Source: Octopus sinensis (lineage: Eukaryota). Taken from it: a DNA stretch of 64,000 nt. The DNA lies in the NCBI RefSeq assembly GCF_006345805.1, contig NC_042999.1, positions 167,772,001-167,836,000 of the forward strand, read 5' to 3'. A program made the translations under genes and the position numbers. The notes beneath the pieces were generated by a model that saw only the letters and a list, made by a program, of their open reading frames with translations, was not told where the DNA came from and ran no database searches. Below, piece by piece: positions 11,547 to 23,050 of this stretch. The first letter of the stretch is position 1, and every line of letters begins with the position of its first letter.

Positions 11547-12107
11547 AGTTATCCGTAATAATGAAGGGTGAAATTAATTAATTTGGAATAATTATCAATT
11601 ACACCAAGTAGTCTTCGGCATGTAAAAGCCTCATTCGAGGAAAATTTAAGTAATACTAAGCAATAAAGGGTTTAGCAACGAATTGCCTTACCACATACCG
11701 AATTTAGAAATAGCAGTCAAAGAGTTATAGTATTAGCTCGCTCTGATACTGAGTTGAGTTGGTGCCTTCTAGTATCTCAAAATTCAATATATAATCATTT
11801 ATGATTATAGTATTCTACGCTGAAGAGAAAAGAAGTTTTTGGTAAGATAGAATTATTTAATATTTAATTCTTATGCTTTCCTAAAAACTTGATTTCGAAA
11901 CGTACGTCCGTAGATAACTTAAAATTGTATGATAGATTGCCGTCAATTCATTCTCTCTTACCTGTTTGTGTCTGCCTTCCAATTGCTGTTTTTACTGAGA
12001 TCTCCCTTTTTAGTAGAAGAAATAGCTATAACTCTTTGGCTGCTATTTCTAAATTCGGTATGTGGTAAGGCAATTCGTTGCTAAACCCTTTATTGCTTAG
12101 TATTACT
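11547..12107. mobile_element. (TA)n-flanked element with an 82-bp inverted repeat and an internal hammerhead ribozyme (Penelope-like pLTR or retrozyme-like)
   Basis: Arms 11649-11730 and 12026-12107 with one mismatch; flanked by (TA)n on both sides; hammerhead between the arms. Confidence 0.65.
11814..11914 (+). ncRNA. Type I hammerhead ribozyme with a long stem II
   Basis: Stem I TCTACG (11814-19) pairs with CGTAGA (11909-14); core CTGAAGA at 11820-26; 70-nt stem II at 11827-96 (GAAA/TTTC, AAGTTTTT/AAAAACTT, AGAATTA/TAATTCT); GAAA at 11897-900; stem III ACGTACGT; GUC cleavage triplet, with the cut predicted after 11908. Confidence 0.85.
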
Positions 12108-12129
12108 ATATATATATATATATATTTAT

Positions 12130-12524
12130 GCGCAGGAGTGGCTGTGTGGTAAGTAGCTTGCTAACCAACCACATGGTTCCGGGTTCAGTCCCACTGCATG
12201 GCATCTTGGGCAAGTGTCTTCTGCTATAGCCCCGGGCCGACCAATACCTTGTGAGTGGATTTGGTAGACGGAAACTGAAAGAAGCCTGTCGTATATATGT
12301 ATATATATATATATGTATTTGTGTGTCTGTGTTTGTCCCCCTAGCATTGCTTGACAACCGATGCTGGTTGTGTTTATGTTCCCGTTACTTAGAGACCGAT
12401 AGAATAAGTACTGGGCTTACAAAAGAATAAGTCCCGAGGTCGAGTTGCTCGATTAAAGGCGGTGCTCCAGCATGGCCGCAGTCAAATGACTGGAACAAGT
12501 AAAAGAGTAAAAGAGAGTAAAGAG
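12130..12524 (+). mobile_element. Family A tRNA-derived SINE (CORE-like segment, central microsatellite, (TAAAAGAG)n tail)
   Basis: A box TGGCTGTGTGG, B box GGTTCAGTCCC and a cttgggcaagt CORE-like motif; many copies in the window. Confidence 0.9.
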
Positions 12525-12740
12525 TATATACATGTATGTGTGTGTAAAAGTAAGATCTTGGGATGAAGGTGTAGTGAGTTAGTAAGCTCCAACAGTCTGC
12601 AGAAGATATAAAAAACAACTTTCAGGAACAGTAGTGGTTTATGGGTACAGAAGGTTGTGAATTTTTCCCATATCGAAGTATAATAAGCTGAAAAAAGGTT
12701 ATTTTATGGTTTGCAGTTAGCAATTGGGGTTGCTGTATAT

Positions 12741-13144
12741 ACTCTTGCTCTTTACTCTTTTACTTGTTTCAGTCATTTGACTGCGGCCATGCTGGAGCAC
12801 CGCCTTTAATCGAGTAACTCGACCCCAGGACTTATTTTTTTGTAAGCCCAATACTTATTCTATCGGTTTCTTTTTGCCGCTAAGTGACGGGGACGTAAAC
12901 ACACCAGCATCGGTTGTTAAGCAATGCTAGAGGGACAAACACAGACACACACACGCATATATATATATATATACATATATACCACGGGCTTCTTTCAGTT
13001 TCCGTCTACCAAATCCACTCACAAGGCATTGGTCGGCCCAGGGCTATAGTAGAAGACACTTGCCCAAGGTGCCACGCAGTGGGACTCAACCCGGAACCAT
13101 GTGGTTGGTTAGCAAGCTACTTACCACACAGCCACTCCTGTGCC
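12741..13144 (-). mobile_element. Family A SINE, full length
   Basis: Reverse complement of the family A consensus. Confidence 0.9.
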
Positions 13145-13499
13145 TATATGTAAATAAACATCCAAAAATTAGGGAGTGAAGTAGATAAGATCCAAGCTAT
13201 ATATATGTTTCATAACTAGCAGAACCTCAGAAGTAATAATTATCCAAATGAGAGGTAAATCACATGCTCCCCCCCAGGCCAAGGATACCTTGATTATATG
13301 AAGTTTACATTGTCATTAGGAGGTCCTGTGTTAACTCACAGGGGATTCAATCAAATAGCCAGATCTAGCTGGTTGGAACATAAACACTGGTAGAATGTTT
13401 GGACCAGATATGGCCAGTTTAAATGCTAAAGGGTTAAAGGGTCAGCCTTGTCACATTCTGTGTCACACTAAATCTCCATGAGAACTGCATTAACGGTGT

Positions 13500-14630
13500 G
13501 CATGTCTGAAGTGCTCTGGATATGTGCATCTATGTGTGTCTTTGTGCCTGTGTTTATCCCCCACCACTGCTTGCCAACTGGTGTTGATGTGTTTACATCC
13601 CCATAACTTAGCAGTTCAGCAAAAGAGAACAATGGAATAAGTACCAGGCTCAAAAAAGAAATTCTGTGTTCAATTCAGTTGACTAAAAATTCTCCAAGGT
13701 GGTACCCTTGCATGGCCACAGTCTAACAACTGAACCAAGTAAGAGATAAAAGATAAAGATCTTATAAGTAGAAGGCAATCCAAGCAGGGAAAGAATACTA
13801 AAGCTTGGTTTTTTTTTTTTACCAAAAATGATTTGGCTGTGGGGTAAGAAGGTTACTTCACAACCACATGGTTCTGGGTTCAGTCCCACTGCATGGCACC
13901 TTGGGCAAATGTCTTCTACTATAGCCCTAAGCTGGCCAAAGCCTAGTGAGTGGATCTGGTAGACGGAAACTGAAAGGAGCTTGTCATATCAATTCAGTTA
14001 ACTAAAAACTCTTGAAGGTTGTGCCCCAGCATGACTGCAGTCTAATGACTGAAACAAATAAAAGATAAAAGAATCTAATGTATGTAAATTAGGGCAGGAA
14101 TCTTAGAACTGAAATGGTATTGGACTTTTGAAGTCATCTACTATAATCAGTTGATTAGTTGATTTCTCTGATATACATAGGTAACTTTTGGTGAATATCT
14201 TGTTTCCAGTGTTTACTTCAGAAGTCCTAACATATACAAATGTTTATGAACTTATAATATGCGTATGAGTGTGTGTGTAGGTGTTTTATTCTTTTATACT
14301 TTTGCTAGTTTCAGTCATTTGACTGCGGCCATGCTGGAGCACTGCATTTAGTCAAACAAATTGACCCCAGAACTTATTTCCTATAAGCCTGGTACTTATT
14401 CTCTCAGTTTTTTTTTGCTGAACCGCTAAGTTACAAGGAAATAAACACCAACATCGGTGGTCAAGTGATGATGGAGGGACAAACACAGACACACACTCAG
14501 ATATATACGATGGGCTTCTTTCAGTTTTCATCTACCAAATCCACTCACAAAGCTTTGGTCAGCCCAAGGTCCCACAACCTGAACCATGTGGTTGTGAGGT
14601 AAGCTTCTTATCACACAGCCACACCTGTGC
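13500..14630. mobile_element. Degenerate family A SINE copies (about 13500-13760 +, 13830-14072 +, 14285-14630 -)
   Basis: Diverged head and tail motifs. Confidence 0.7.
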
Positions 14631-14657
14631 TTCCACACAGCCACAGGTAAAGTATGT

Positions 14658-14801
14658 TGTGTGTGTGTGTAAATATATATGTGTGTGCGTGTTTGTATGT
14701 GTAAATATGTATGCATGTGTATATGTATATGTGTGTGTATATGTGAATGTATATATGTACGTATGTTTGTGTATATATATATGTATGTGTGTATATATAT
14801 A

Positions 14802-14841
<40 letters not shown>

Positions 14842-15110
14842 CTATATATATATACATGTATATGTATGTATATATATGCATGTATATATATGTATATATA
14901 TACATGTATATATATGTGTATATATATGTATATATATATGTGTATATATATATATATATTTATATTTGTGTATATGTGTATATATATATACGTGTGTGTA
15001 TATGTATTTATGTATGCATGTATATATACATATATGTATATATGCATGTATATATACATATATATGTGTGTTGTACATATGCACATGCATACATGAATAT
15101 ATATTTATGT
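14658..15110. repeat. Compound (TA)/(TG) microsatellite
   Basis: Seen directly. Confidence 0.97.
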
Positions 15111-15565
15111 GAATAAAGATATAAGCAATTGTTTAATAAGTGCATATATCTGAAATGATGAATGCCTGTGTGTGTATGTGTAATCCTGCTTATCACGAAC
15201 TGCTGTAGGTGATAAGCCAAAAGAAGTAACATACATGCAGTCAGGTTGTTCCAGATGGTGTCTGTGCAAGAGTGAAATGAGGAAGTTTGATAGAAAGTAT
15301 GATGTTTACTTAATTTGATAAGATCTAAACTGCGATGATGAAAATAGAGATACTAGTCATGTCTGACACAGATAACAATTATACTAAAGGACACGATGAC
15401 GGAAATGATGTGAGAAAGTGATGTCAGAGAAAATGTTATGGTGATTAGTGTTAGTTTTCAATTAATCTATTATTTAATTATGATTTTTAGCATTGGTCAT
15501 TGAGTGATTATAATAAATTGATTTACGATGGCTTCAATAAGCTCCTTTTTTTTTTCCTTTCATTC

Positions 15566-15965
15566 AGGTGTAGCTGCATGGTAAGAAGTTTGTTTCACAA
15601 CTACATGGTCCTGGGTTTGGTTCTATTATGTGGCATCTTGGACAAGTGTCTTTTACTCTAGCCCTGGGCCAACCAAGGCCTTGTTAGTGGCTTTGTTAGA
15701 GGGAAACTAAAAGCTTGTGATGTACATGTATGTATGTTTGTATGTATATATCTGTGAGTGTGTGTGTCTTTGTGTGTGTTTGTCCCTCTTCACTACTTGA
15801 CAACCAGTGCTGATTTGTTTACATCCCTGCATAAGAAACTGATAGAATAAGTACCCGGCTTTAAGAAAATAAGTACCAGGGTGGATTTTTTCTACTAAAA
15901 CCCTTCAAGGTGGTGGTCCTGCATGGGTGCAGTCTACTGACTGAAATAAGTAAAAGATAAAGAAA
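15566..15965 (+). mobile_element. Family A SINE, diverged
   Basis: Head, central TG tract and tail present. Confidence 0.75.
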
Positions 15966-16374
15966 AAATAATCAATTTTGGTCATATTCAGTTTCAAAGA
16001 AATAGTCAACATTGAGATATAAATGTTCATGGTCAAAAATATATAAACAAGGAAAGTGCAAATAAATCAAATTATTATAAAGGTTTCAAATTTCAGCACA
16101 AGGCTACCAAATTCTGGAGAGGGGGTAAGTCAATTATATCAAATCCAGTGTTCAACTAGTACTTATTTCATTGACACCCCTAAGGATGAAAGACCCCCTA
16201 AGAATGTAAAGATGGATGAAATGCCACTAAGCATTGCTAACGATTCTACCAGCTTGCTGCCCTGAAAAGTCAAATTAATATAATGAAATCATTTCACTGA
16301 TTCACAGAATGATAGAAAGAACAGTGTACTCAATATGATAATTGTATTTTTGTTTTGTTTTTACATATTTATAG

Positions 16375-16720
16375 ATGCAGGCGTAGTTGTGCTTTGCAAC
16401 CCCTATGGTTTCAGGTTTAATCTCATTGCACTGCATCTTGGGCGAGTGTCTTCTGTTATGGCCCCAGGCCAACCAATACCTTGTGAATGAATTTAGTCGA
16501 GGGAAACTGTGGAAGCACTACAGTGTGTGTGTGGGGGGGGGACATGTTCCACCACCTTCATCTTCTTGATGACAAATGTTTACATCTCCCATAACTTAGT
16601 GGTTCAGCAAAAGGACCAATAGAATAAGTACCAGGTTTAAAAAATAAGGACTGGGATTCATTTGTTTGGCAATACCCTAGTATGGCTACAGTCGAATAAT
16701 TGAAACAGGTAAAATATAGG
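16375..16720 (+). mobile_element. Family A SINE, diverged
   Basis: cttgggcgagtgtcttct and gaataagtaccagg motifs. Confidence 0.65.
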
Positions 16721-16724
16721 GTAA

Positions 16725-17045
16725 AAGGGTAAAGATCACCTTTGGTCACAAATGACCATAAGATTGCACCTAGAAAGTTCCCCTCCCAGGCACAAGCCTG
16801 GGTAAAGTTGTTTGTGGGAGACCAGCAGTCACCCATGCATACCAGCCTCCCCTCTCCATGCCACTGATGTTATCCAAGGGAAAGGCAAAGGGGCCGATAC
16901 AGATTGGCACCAGTGGTGTTGCAACTCATTTCTACAGCTGAGTGAACTGGAGCAACGTGAAATAAAGTGTCTTGCTCAAGAACACAACATATGGCCCAGT
17001 TTGGGAAGCACATGATTGTAAGCCCAATGCTCCATGAGCCATGCA
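16725..17045 (-). mobile_element. Family E tRNA-derived SINE
   Basis: Reverse complement of 38395-38715 (cttgagcaagacact..., ccttggataacatcagtggc). Confidence 0.7.
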
Positions 17046-17404
17046 TCTATGAGTAAAATATAAAGAATTTTTTTTAAATGTCTTAACTCTATGTTGGAAT
17101 TCTGTCTGGGTCAAGTTTGCCATTTATCCCTTTGGAATTAATGAAAAGAATATTTGGTGTGTATGGCAAGTAATTTGGTCAACAAGGATGCACTTCCAGA
17201 AGGTGAGCTGACTGAGTAATGAGGGAACATATTGAAATATTCATGTTATTTGTTCTCTCTTTCCACACTGAGTTCAAATCCTACCAAAGTCAACATTACC
17301 TTGTACCTTTTCAGGTTTATAAATAAAAAAAAAAATTAAAACAGTATTGGAATTGGTACTTCTGTAACCCCCCCCCCCTTCTCTGGAAATGAGAAACAAA
17401 TTGG

Positions 17405-18125
17405 TTATCTTTTATCTTTTACTTGTTTCAGTCATCTGACTGCAACCATGCTGGAGCACTGCCTTGAAGGGTCTTTCTAGTGGATGCTGAACCACCACTC
17501 AGTTACATGGATGTAAACACACCAACACCAGCAGTCAAGCAATGGTGGGGAGATAAGCACACATACACACACAGATATATATATATATCTGTGTGTGTTT
17601 GTGTATACATTATATATATAGATAAAAATCTTCTTTTTTTTAAAGTGAGGAAAGGCTGTGCACTGAGTCAATCCCACTCACTAAGCAACAGCAGCCATAA
17701 TCCGAAAAGAAGAACAAGTCAACATCATCGGTAGCCACTGAGCCGCAGGTTTTATGTCGGAGTTATCCCAGTTACCTGAGTTGCCTTCTCCTAGAAGGAT
17801 GCTCTGACAAAGGCTGGGAGTCTTTCACTCCCAATGGTTTAACTGTGCCATCGGGTATTCAGTCCGATTATTTCTATGTCTCCGCGCATGATACAGCCTT
17901 AAGACATTTATTGGCTGGCCGTTGACTCTCAAGAATATATATATACACACACACACACACACATAATAGGATTTTTTAAGTTTCCGTGTACCAAATGCAC
18001 TCACAAGGCTTTGGTCAGCTTGAGGCCCATAGTACAAGACACCTGTCCAGGATGCCACGTGGTGGGACTGAACTTGGAACCATGTGGTTGGGAAGTCAAC
18101 TTCTTACCACACAGCCATGCCTGCA
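17405..18125 (-). mobile_element. Family A SINE (tail 17405-17600, head 17965-18125) with an unrelated insert between
   Basis: Reverse-complement tail and head motifs. Confidence 0.6.
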
Positions 18126-20506
18126 ACTGTTCACACTTAGAGTTCTGACTTAGTGAGGGATAGCTTCCAAAATATGTTGTGCTGTACGTCAGGACAGTGC
18201 CGCTATAACTCTAGATTTTGGGAGCTCAAAGAAGGAATGACCCTCACACACACACCTCCCACAACGTATTTATGATTCTGAAACCATTATAATAAAAGCC
18301 CATTTCAAAATCTCTCAATTCAAGATGGTGATGGTGGCAGCTGGTGTTGTTTAGCCTTAGATCTTTCCTGATTGGGCAAGTTTACAGTGTACTAGAGCTA
18401 CATTATCCATTGTAATCAATTTTCTAAAACAGGTAGGGAAATTCGCTCGCTATGTATAGCAACCCAACCAGTCATGATAAAATCTTCTTTTAGTAATACT
18501 AATGTGATATTTGAACGAAGGAAGGGATGGATTCGGCTAATCATATAAGCACTTATTTATTGAATACTTTCGATTCCAGGTTCACCATACTGCTATAACT
18601 TCTCTTCTTCTTTTACCGCTATTATAACAGTCCCAAATATGCGCACGCTCCTTGATTTAAAGCTCTTTTGAAGAATATGTTTGACATGACGTGGCTTATC
18701 ACCAACAGAGATGTCACGTATAGATTAGTGTATCAAATATCATCGCAAACATATTTTAAAACCAGCAGGTATAAAATAGGTTAATCACCAGTAGTAGTAG
18801 AGTGTCTTTGAATGTTAGGTCACCCGAATGAAATGCTCTCTATCTCTAACTAAAAAGAAATTTTAAAAAGCACTCAAGTTCCGCGTTGACAGCACCAACT
18901 GATCGCTTCTATGTGGTCGTCATGACTTGTTAGAAATAGTTACTAAATTTCTCCCTAATTACACTCTACTCTTTTAAAAATAGGAAGAATCCATCTGAAA
19001 AGACAGGGTTGTCATGGCCAGGATGCCTTTGACCATAGGTACTTTTTATCAGAGTTGACCTGAGACTATACTTAAAAAAAAAAATCCAGCCTCTGAATAA
19101 AGGGAACTAACTCCAAAGGATTATAGGTTACATTCTTTGTAAACAAAACAAAAATAACATTTGTTTAAAATTTAGGAAAATTATTTGAAATATTTGTTTA
19201 TAAAGAAAAAAAAAAAAGCTAAAGTGGAGGAAAAACTATGTTAATCTGAATGATAAATAAGTCTTTAAATAAGTCTTTAATGCAGCTAGATTAACTAGTG
19301 ATGGAAATGTGTATTAGGAACCAGGTCAGAGGCTTAGATTAAAAGGTGGAACTAGACTATAAGCTTCCCCTTTCTGAGTGCTGAAAAGTAAGGGTACGCC
19401 ACACTCCTCTTCACACCTCCTCTGTCCCGTTTCTATCACTGCATGTAATTAAGGAAAGTAATGACTCCATAACGAAGTCAAGAGACACAAATTATATTAC
19501 TAATTTCTCTACATGTTGTAGAAAGGGAAAATGAACAAATTAGTTAATCGACTGTAATATATTTTATGCTTTCCCACAGCAAATATTATTTATATTTTTT
19601 CACTCAGACTATTTCTAATTCAGACCTCTTTGTAGTTAATTAAAAAAGCACTTTTTTCAAAAGAGTGAATATGCCTGGTTTTTTTTTCTCTTTCAAACGG
19701 TTATATAATCCAGCATAATTAAATGAATTAATATATTTTGAAGTTTTTATCGTCCTTAGTTGCCTGGATGTAAACGCTAACTGCTCAAGTGTGTATATAT
19801 ATTGATATTATTAAAGTTTATGTATATTTTATTCTCTCATTTTCCTACAGAAGATGAGACCGAAGGACTAAATTGACACATTCGTAAAACAAGCAAATCC
19901 TAAATTAGAATATATGGTTGATGTTTACATCTTGACCCGGAAATGAAATTCAAAAACAAAAAGTACTGGATTGGATGTAAAACAATGTGAAGGAAACTAA
20001 TATGAAAAAAAATGCGCGCAGTGCAATGGGAGGGTGTGGAGAGAACTTCGGAAAATTCACAGAATCCGAGTTTTTCCCTCTTAACTTTTAGGAAAATGGA
20101 TTTTTTTTTCAATGAAATCTTATAGAAATACCTTTCAAAGGGCATATATTACGATTAAAAAGAAATTTGTGGGGAAATCTTTTCTATAGAGTGGGGGAGA
20201 GGACAGAAAGACTTCCACCCGTTCCACCCACACCCTACACCCCATTTTCTCCCAAATTTGTTAATTTAAAAAAATTTTTTTGCCAAAAATCGGCATTGTG
20301 AAAAATGCCGCCCCCCTTTCCCCCCAACTTCTTCAATTTCGACTTTTTTCCGTAACACTAAACCTAAACCCCAACCCTAATACCCCAACCGTAAGTACAG
20401 AAATGCTTTGAAATTTCTGTCCGAATCCTGATGTCCGTATTTTTCCGCATATTTAGAAGAGAAAAAATTCAGGCCTCTTTGTAGTTAATTAAAAAAGATC
20501 CCACTT

Positions 20507-21186
20507 GGATCTTTTCCTTTTAAACGGCAGTTTTCAACACAATTTCTTGTTAACTAAACAATTTTAAACTTCGTATACTGGTAGAATGTGTCAAAATAAA
20601 TATTTTTTTCTCTTGGCTTTCTTGAGAAAATTGTAATTTGTAAGTTTAACGTAGTTTAATTTTTCGAATTTTAACCAATCAATGGCCTCTATTGAGCTAA
20701 AATCATTTGCTGCGTCTAAAACTGAGACTACATTCTGTTACTGTTATGTTTACGTACGGAAAGCGTGTGTATAAAATTATAGAATTATTTTGTTTGTTAA
20801 TTGTTTAAATTATTTTCCATTGCTTTCGTTTTTTGTTTTTCTTAAGCAATGGAAAATAGTTTAAACAATACACGTGTATCTCAAAACAAAAACAAAACGA
20901 ATAATTTTAGACACACGCGCAACAATTAAATTAATTTAACAATTAAGAAAAAAAAAACGAAAGGCTAAAATTTAGGGTTAGGGTTAGGGTTAGGGTTAGG
21001 ATCAGTGACAGGATGTTGTTTCAGTTTTAGACGCAGCAAATGATTTTAGCTCAAATTATAATTTTCTCAAAAAAGCCAAGAGAAAAAAATGTTTTATTTA
21101 GACACATTCTACCAGTATACGAAGTTTAAAAGTGTTTAGTTAACTAGAAATTGTGTTGAAAACTGCCGTTCAAAAGGAAAAGATCC
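20507..21186. mobile_element. Second GGATC-family MITE, carrying (TTAGGG)n
   Basis: Same TIR family as 1109-1875. Right flank aagcactt; left flank aag[atcc]cactt; an uninterrupted paralogous target lies at 19618-19700. Confidence 0.88.
20972..21000 (+). repeat. Interstitial telomeric-type repeat, about 5 copies of TTAGGG
   Basis: Seen directly inside the MITE. Confidence 0.9.
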
Positions 21187-21544
21187 AAGCACTTTTTTCA
21201 AAAAATTGAATATGCCTGTTTTTTTTTTCCTTTCAAACAGTTTTTTTCAGAATCATAATCTCCGTATTTTTCCGCATATTTTGTGGAAAAAAAATTCTGA
21301 AACAAGTTAAAAATGAAGGAAATGGGGGTGAGGAGTCTTGCCGAGATAAATAGTGAGAGAAAGTAATAACAAGTGAATGAGAATAACAACGAAGGGTTAA
21401 AAAAGCGTAAAAATAATTGAAAATGAAACAAAATCAAAGTGAAAACACTAAAAATTATTGAAAGTGGGTAGAAACGCTACGTAGTGTAGAAGTACTACAC
21501 TAGGGTATCTGTAGAAAGTTGAATGTGATTTCAGAATATAACGA

Positions 21545-22360
21545 TGAAAAATTCAGATCTTGGGAATTTTCTGAAAGTCCTCTCCCCACAAAATACTTTA
21601 TAGTCATAATGTATGCCGTTTCAATGGTATCTATATATTTCATTGAAAAAAACCCATTTTCCTAAAAGTTATGAGGGAAAAACTCGGATTTTGTGAATTT
21701 TCCGAAGTCCTCTCCCCACCCCCTTGGAAAAGATTTTCCCCACAAATTTCATTATAATCATAATGTATGCCATTTGAAAGGTATTTCTATAAAATTTCAT
21801 TGAAAAAAAACCTTATTTTCCTAAAAGTTATGAGGGAAAAACTTGGATTTTGTGAATTTTCCGAAGTCCTCTCCCCACCCCCTTGGAAAAAATTCCCCCC
21901 ACAAATTTCATTATAATCATAATGTATGCCATTTGAAAGGTATTTCTATAAAATTCAATTGAACGAAAACCTTATTTTCCTAAAAGTTATGAGGGAAAAA
22001 CTTAGATTTTGTGAATTTTCCGAAGTCCTCTCCCCACCCCTTTGGAAAAAATTTCCCCCACAAATTTCATTATAATCATAATGTATGCCATTTGAAAGGT
22101 ATTTCTATAAAATTCAATTGAACGAAAACCTTATTTTCCTAAAAGTTATGAGGGAAGAACTCGGATTTTGTGAATTTTCCGAAGTCCTCTCCCCACCCCT
22201 TTGGAAAAAATTTCCCCCACAAATTTCATTATAATCATAATGTATGCCGTTTGAAAGGTATTTCTATAAAATTTCATTGAATGAAAACCCATTTTCCTAA
22301 AAGTTATGAGGGAAAAGCTCGGATCTTGTGAATTTTCCAAAGTGCTCTCCCCACCCTCCA
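21545..22360. repeat. Tandem array, unit about 159 bp, about 5 copies
   Basis: cctaaaagttatgaggg recurs at 21661, 21820, 21979, 22138 and 22296. Confidence 0.92.
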
Positions 22361-22821
22361 GTTGCTTTGTGCACATTTTTTTTCATTTTCGTTTCCTACT
22401 CATTGTTTTACACCCATTCCAGTATTTTTTTTTTTTTTGATATTAAATATTAACTGAATTGGTTTATAACATACCTGTTTTATTTATAAAGCAGAAGGCT
22501 GTTGATGTCTCAGTATTCCTGCTTGCAGTTTTCCCTAATAAATGTGATGTAGGTGCAGCAAACAGTAGCAGCACTCAAATCTTTGGCAAGACTTTTTCCT
22601 TGTAGATATCAACTTGTTCTTTGAATTATGCTTTATTGGTCTCATAATGTGTACCCACGTATATCAAGTTGATAACCGTGTCTCTGACCCACAGACATTC
22701 AAATGCATATATTGTTACACTGAGAAAAGCATGGTAGTATGGGATACAATTCCAGTCTTAGTTGCACGGCTGTTCATGCATCTCCTCCTCAGTAGGGAAT
22801 AGGTGTAAAAGGTATTTGGAA

Positions 22822-23050
22822 GGCGGCAAGCTGGCAGAAACGTTAGCACGTCGGGCGAAATGCGTAGCCGTATTTCATCTGCCGTTACATTCTGAGTTCA
22901 AATTCCGCCGAGGTCGACTTTGCCTTTCATCCTTTCGGGGTCGATAAATTAAGTACCAGTTACGCATTGGGGTCGATATAATCGACTTAATCCATTTGTC
23001 TTTCCTGTTTGTCTCTTCTGTGTTTAGCCCCTTGTGGGTAGTAAAGAAAT
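22822..23050 (+). mobile_element. Family B tRNA-derived SINE
   Basis: ggcggcaagctggcagaaacgttagc head, gagttcaaattcc B box and central gcctttcatcctttcggggtcgataaa; 12-bp TSD aggtatttggaa (22810-21 and 23051-62). Confidence 0.9.

Larger units (their letters stand above)
19945..22445. mobile_element. Foldback-like non-autonomous DNA element with long TIRs and a subterminal tandem array
   Basis: About 19945-20205 is the imperfect reverse complement of about 22190-22445; the inner part of the right arm is amplified into the 159-bp array. Exact ends and TSD unresolved. Confidence 0.6.

Noticed and set aside
11600-11640. Minus-strand CGAATGA-GGC..GCC-GAAG resembling a second hammerhead
   Set aside because: Both core boxes deviate, and stems I and III are absent.
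12106-13153. Recurrent ORFs such as MSSNARGTNTDT... and ...EDTCPRCHAVGLNPEPCGW
   Set aside because: They are chance frames of the family A SINE, repeated at every copy.
14528-15232. Long Y/I/C/V/H/T-rich ORFs (also 9967-10233, 29630-30135 and 30256-30795)
   Set aside because: They are translations of (TA)/(TG)/(CA) microsatellites, not genes.
15331-15430. ATGATGA...CTGA C/D snoRNA-like boxes
   Set aside because: The boxes are only 21 nt apart, with no terminal D box or closing stem.
19820-19900. Strong-looking splice acceptor (ttttcctacag) followed by ATG
   Set aside because: The ATG frame closes after five codons and there is no convincing donor; at most a non-coding exon.
21545-22360. 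CRISPR-like periodicity (also 50326-50450)
   Set aside because: Head-to-tail tandem units without unique spacers, eukaryotic context and no cas genes.
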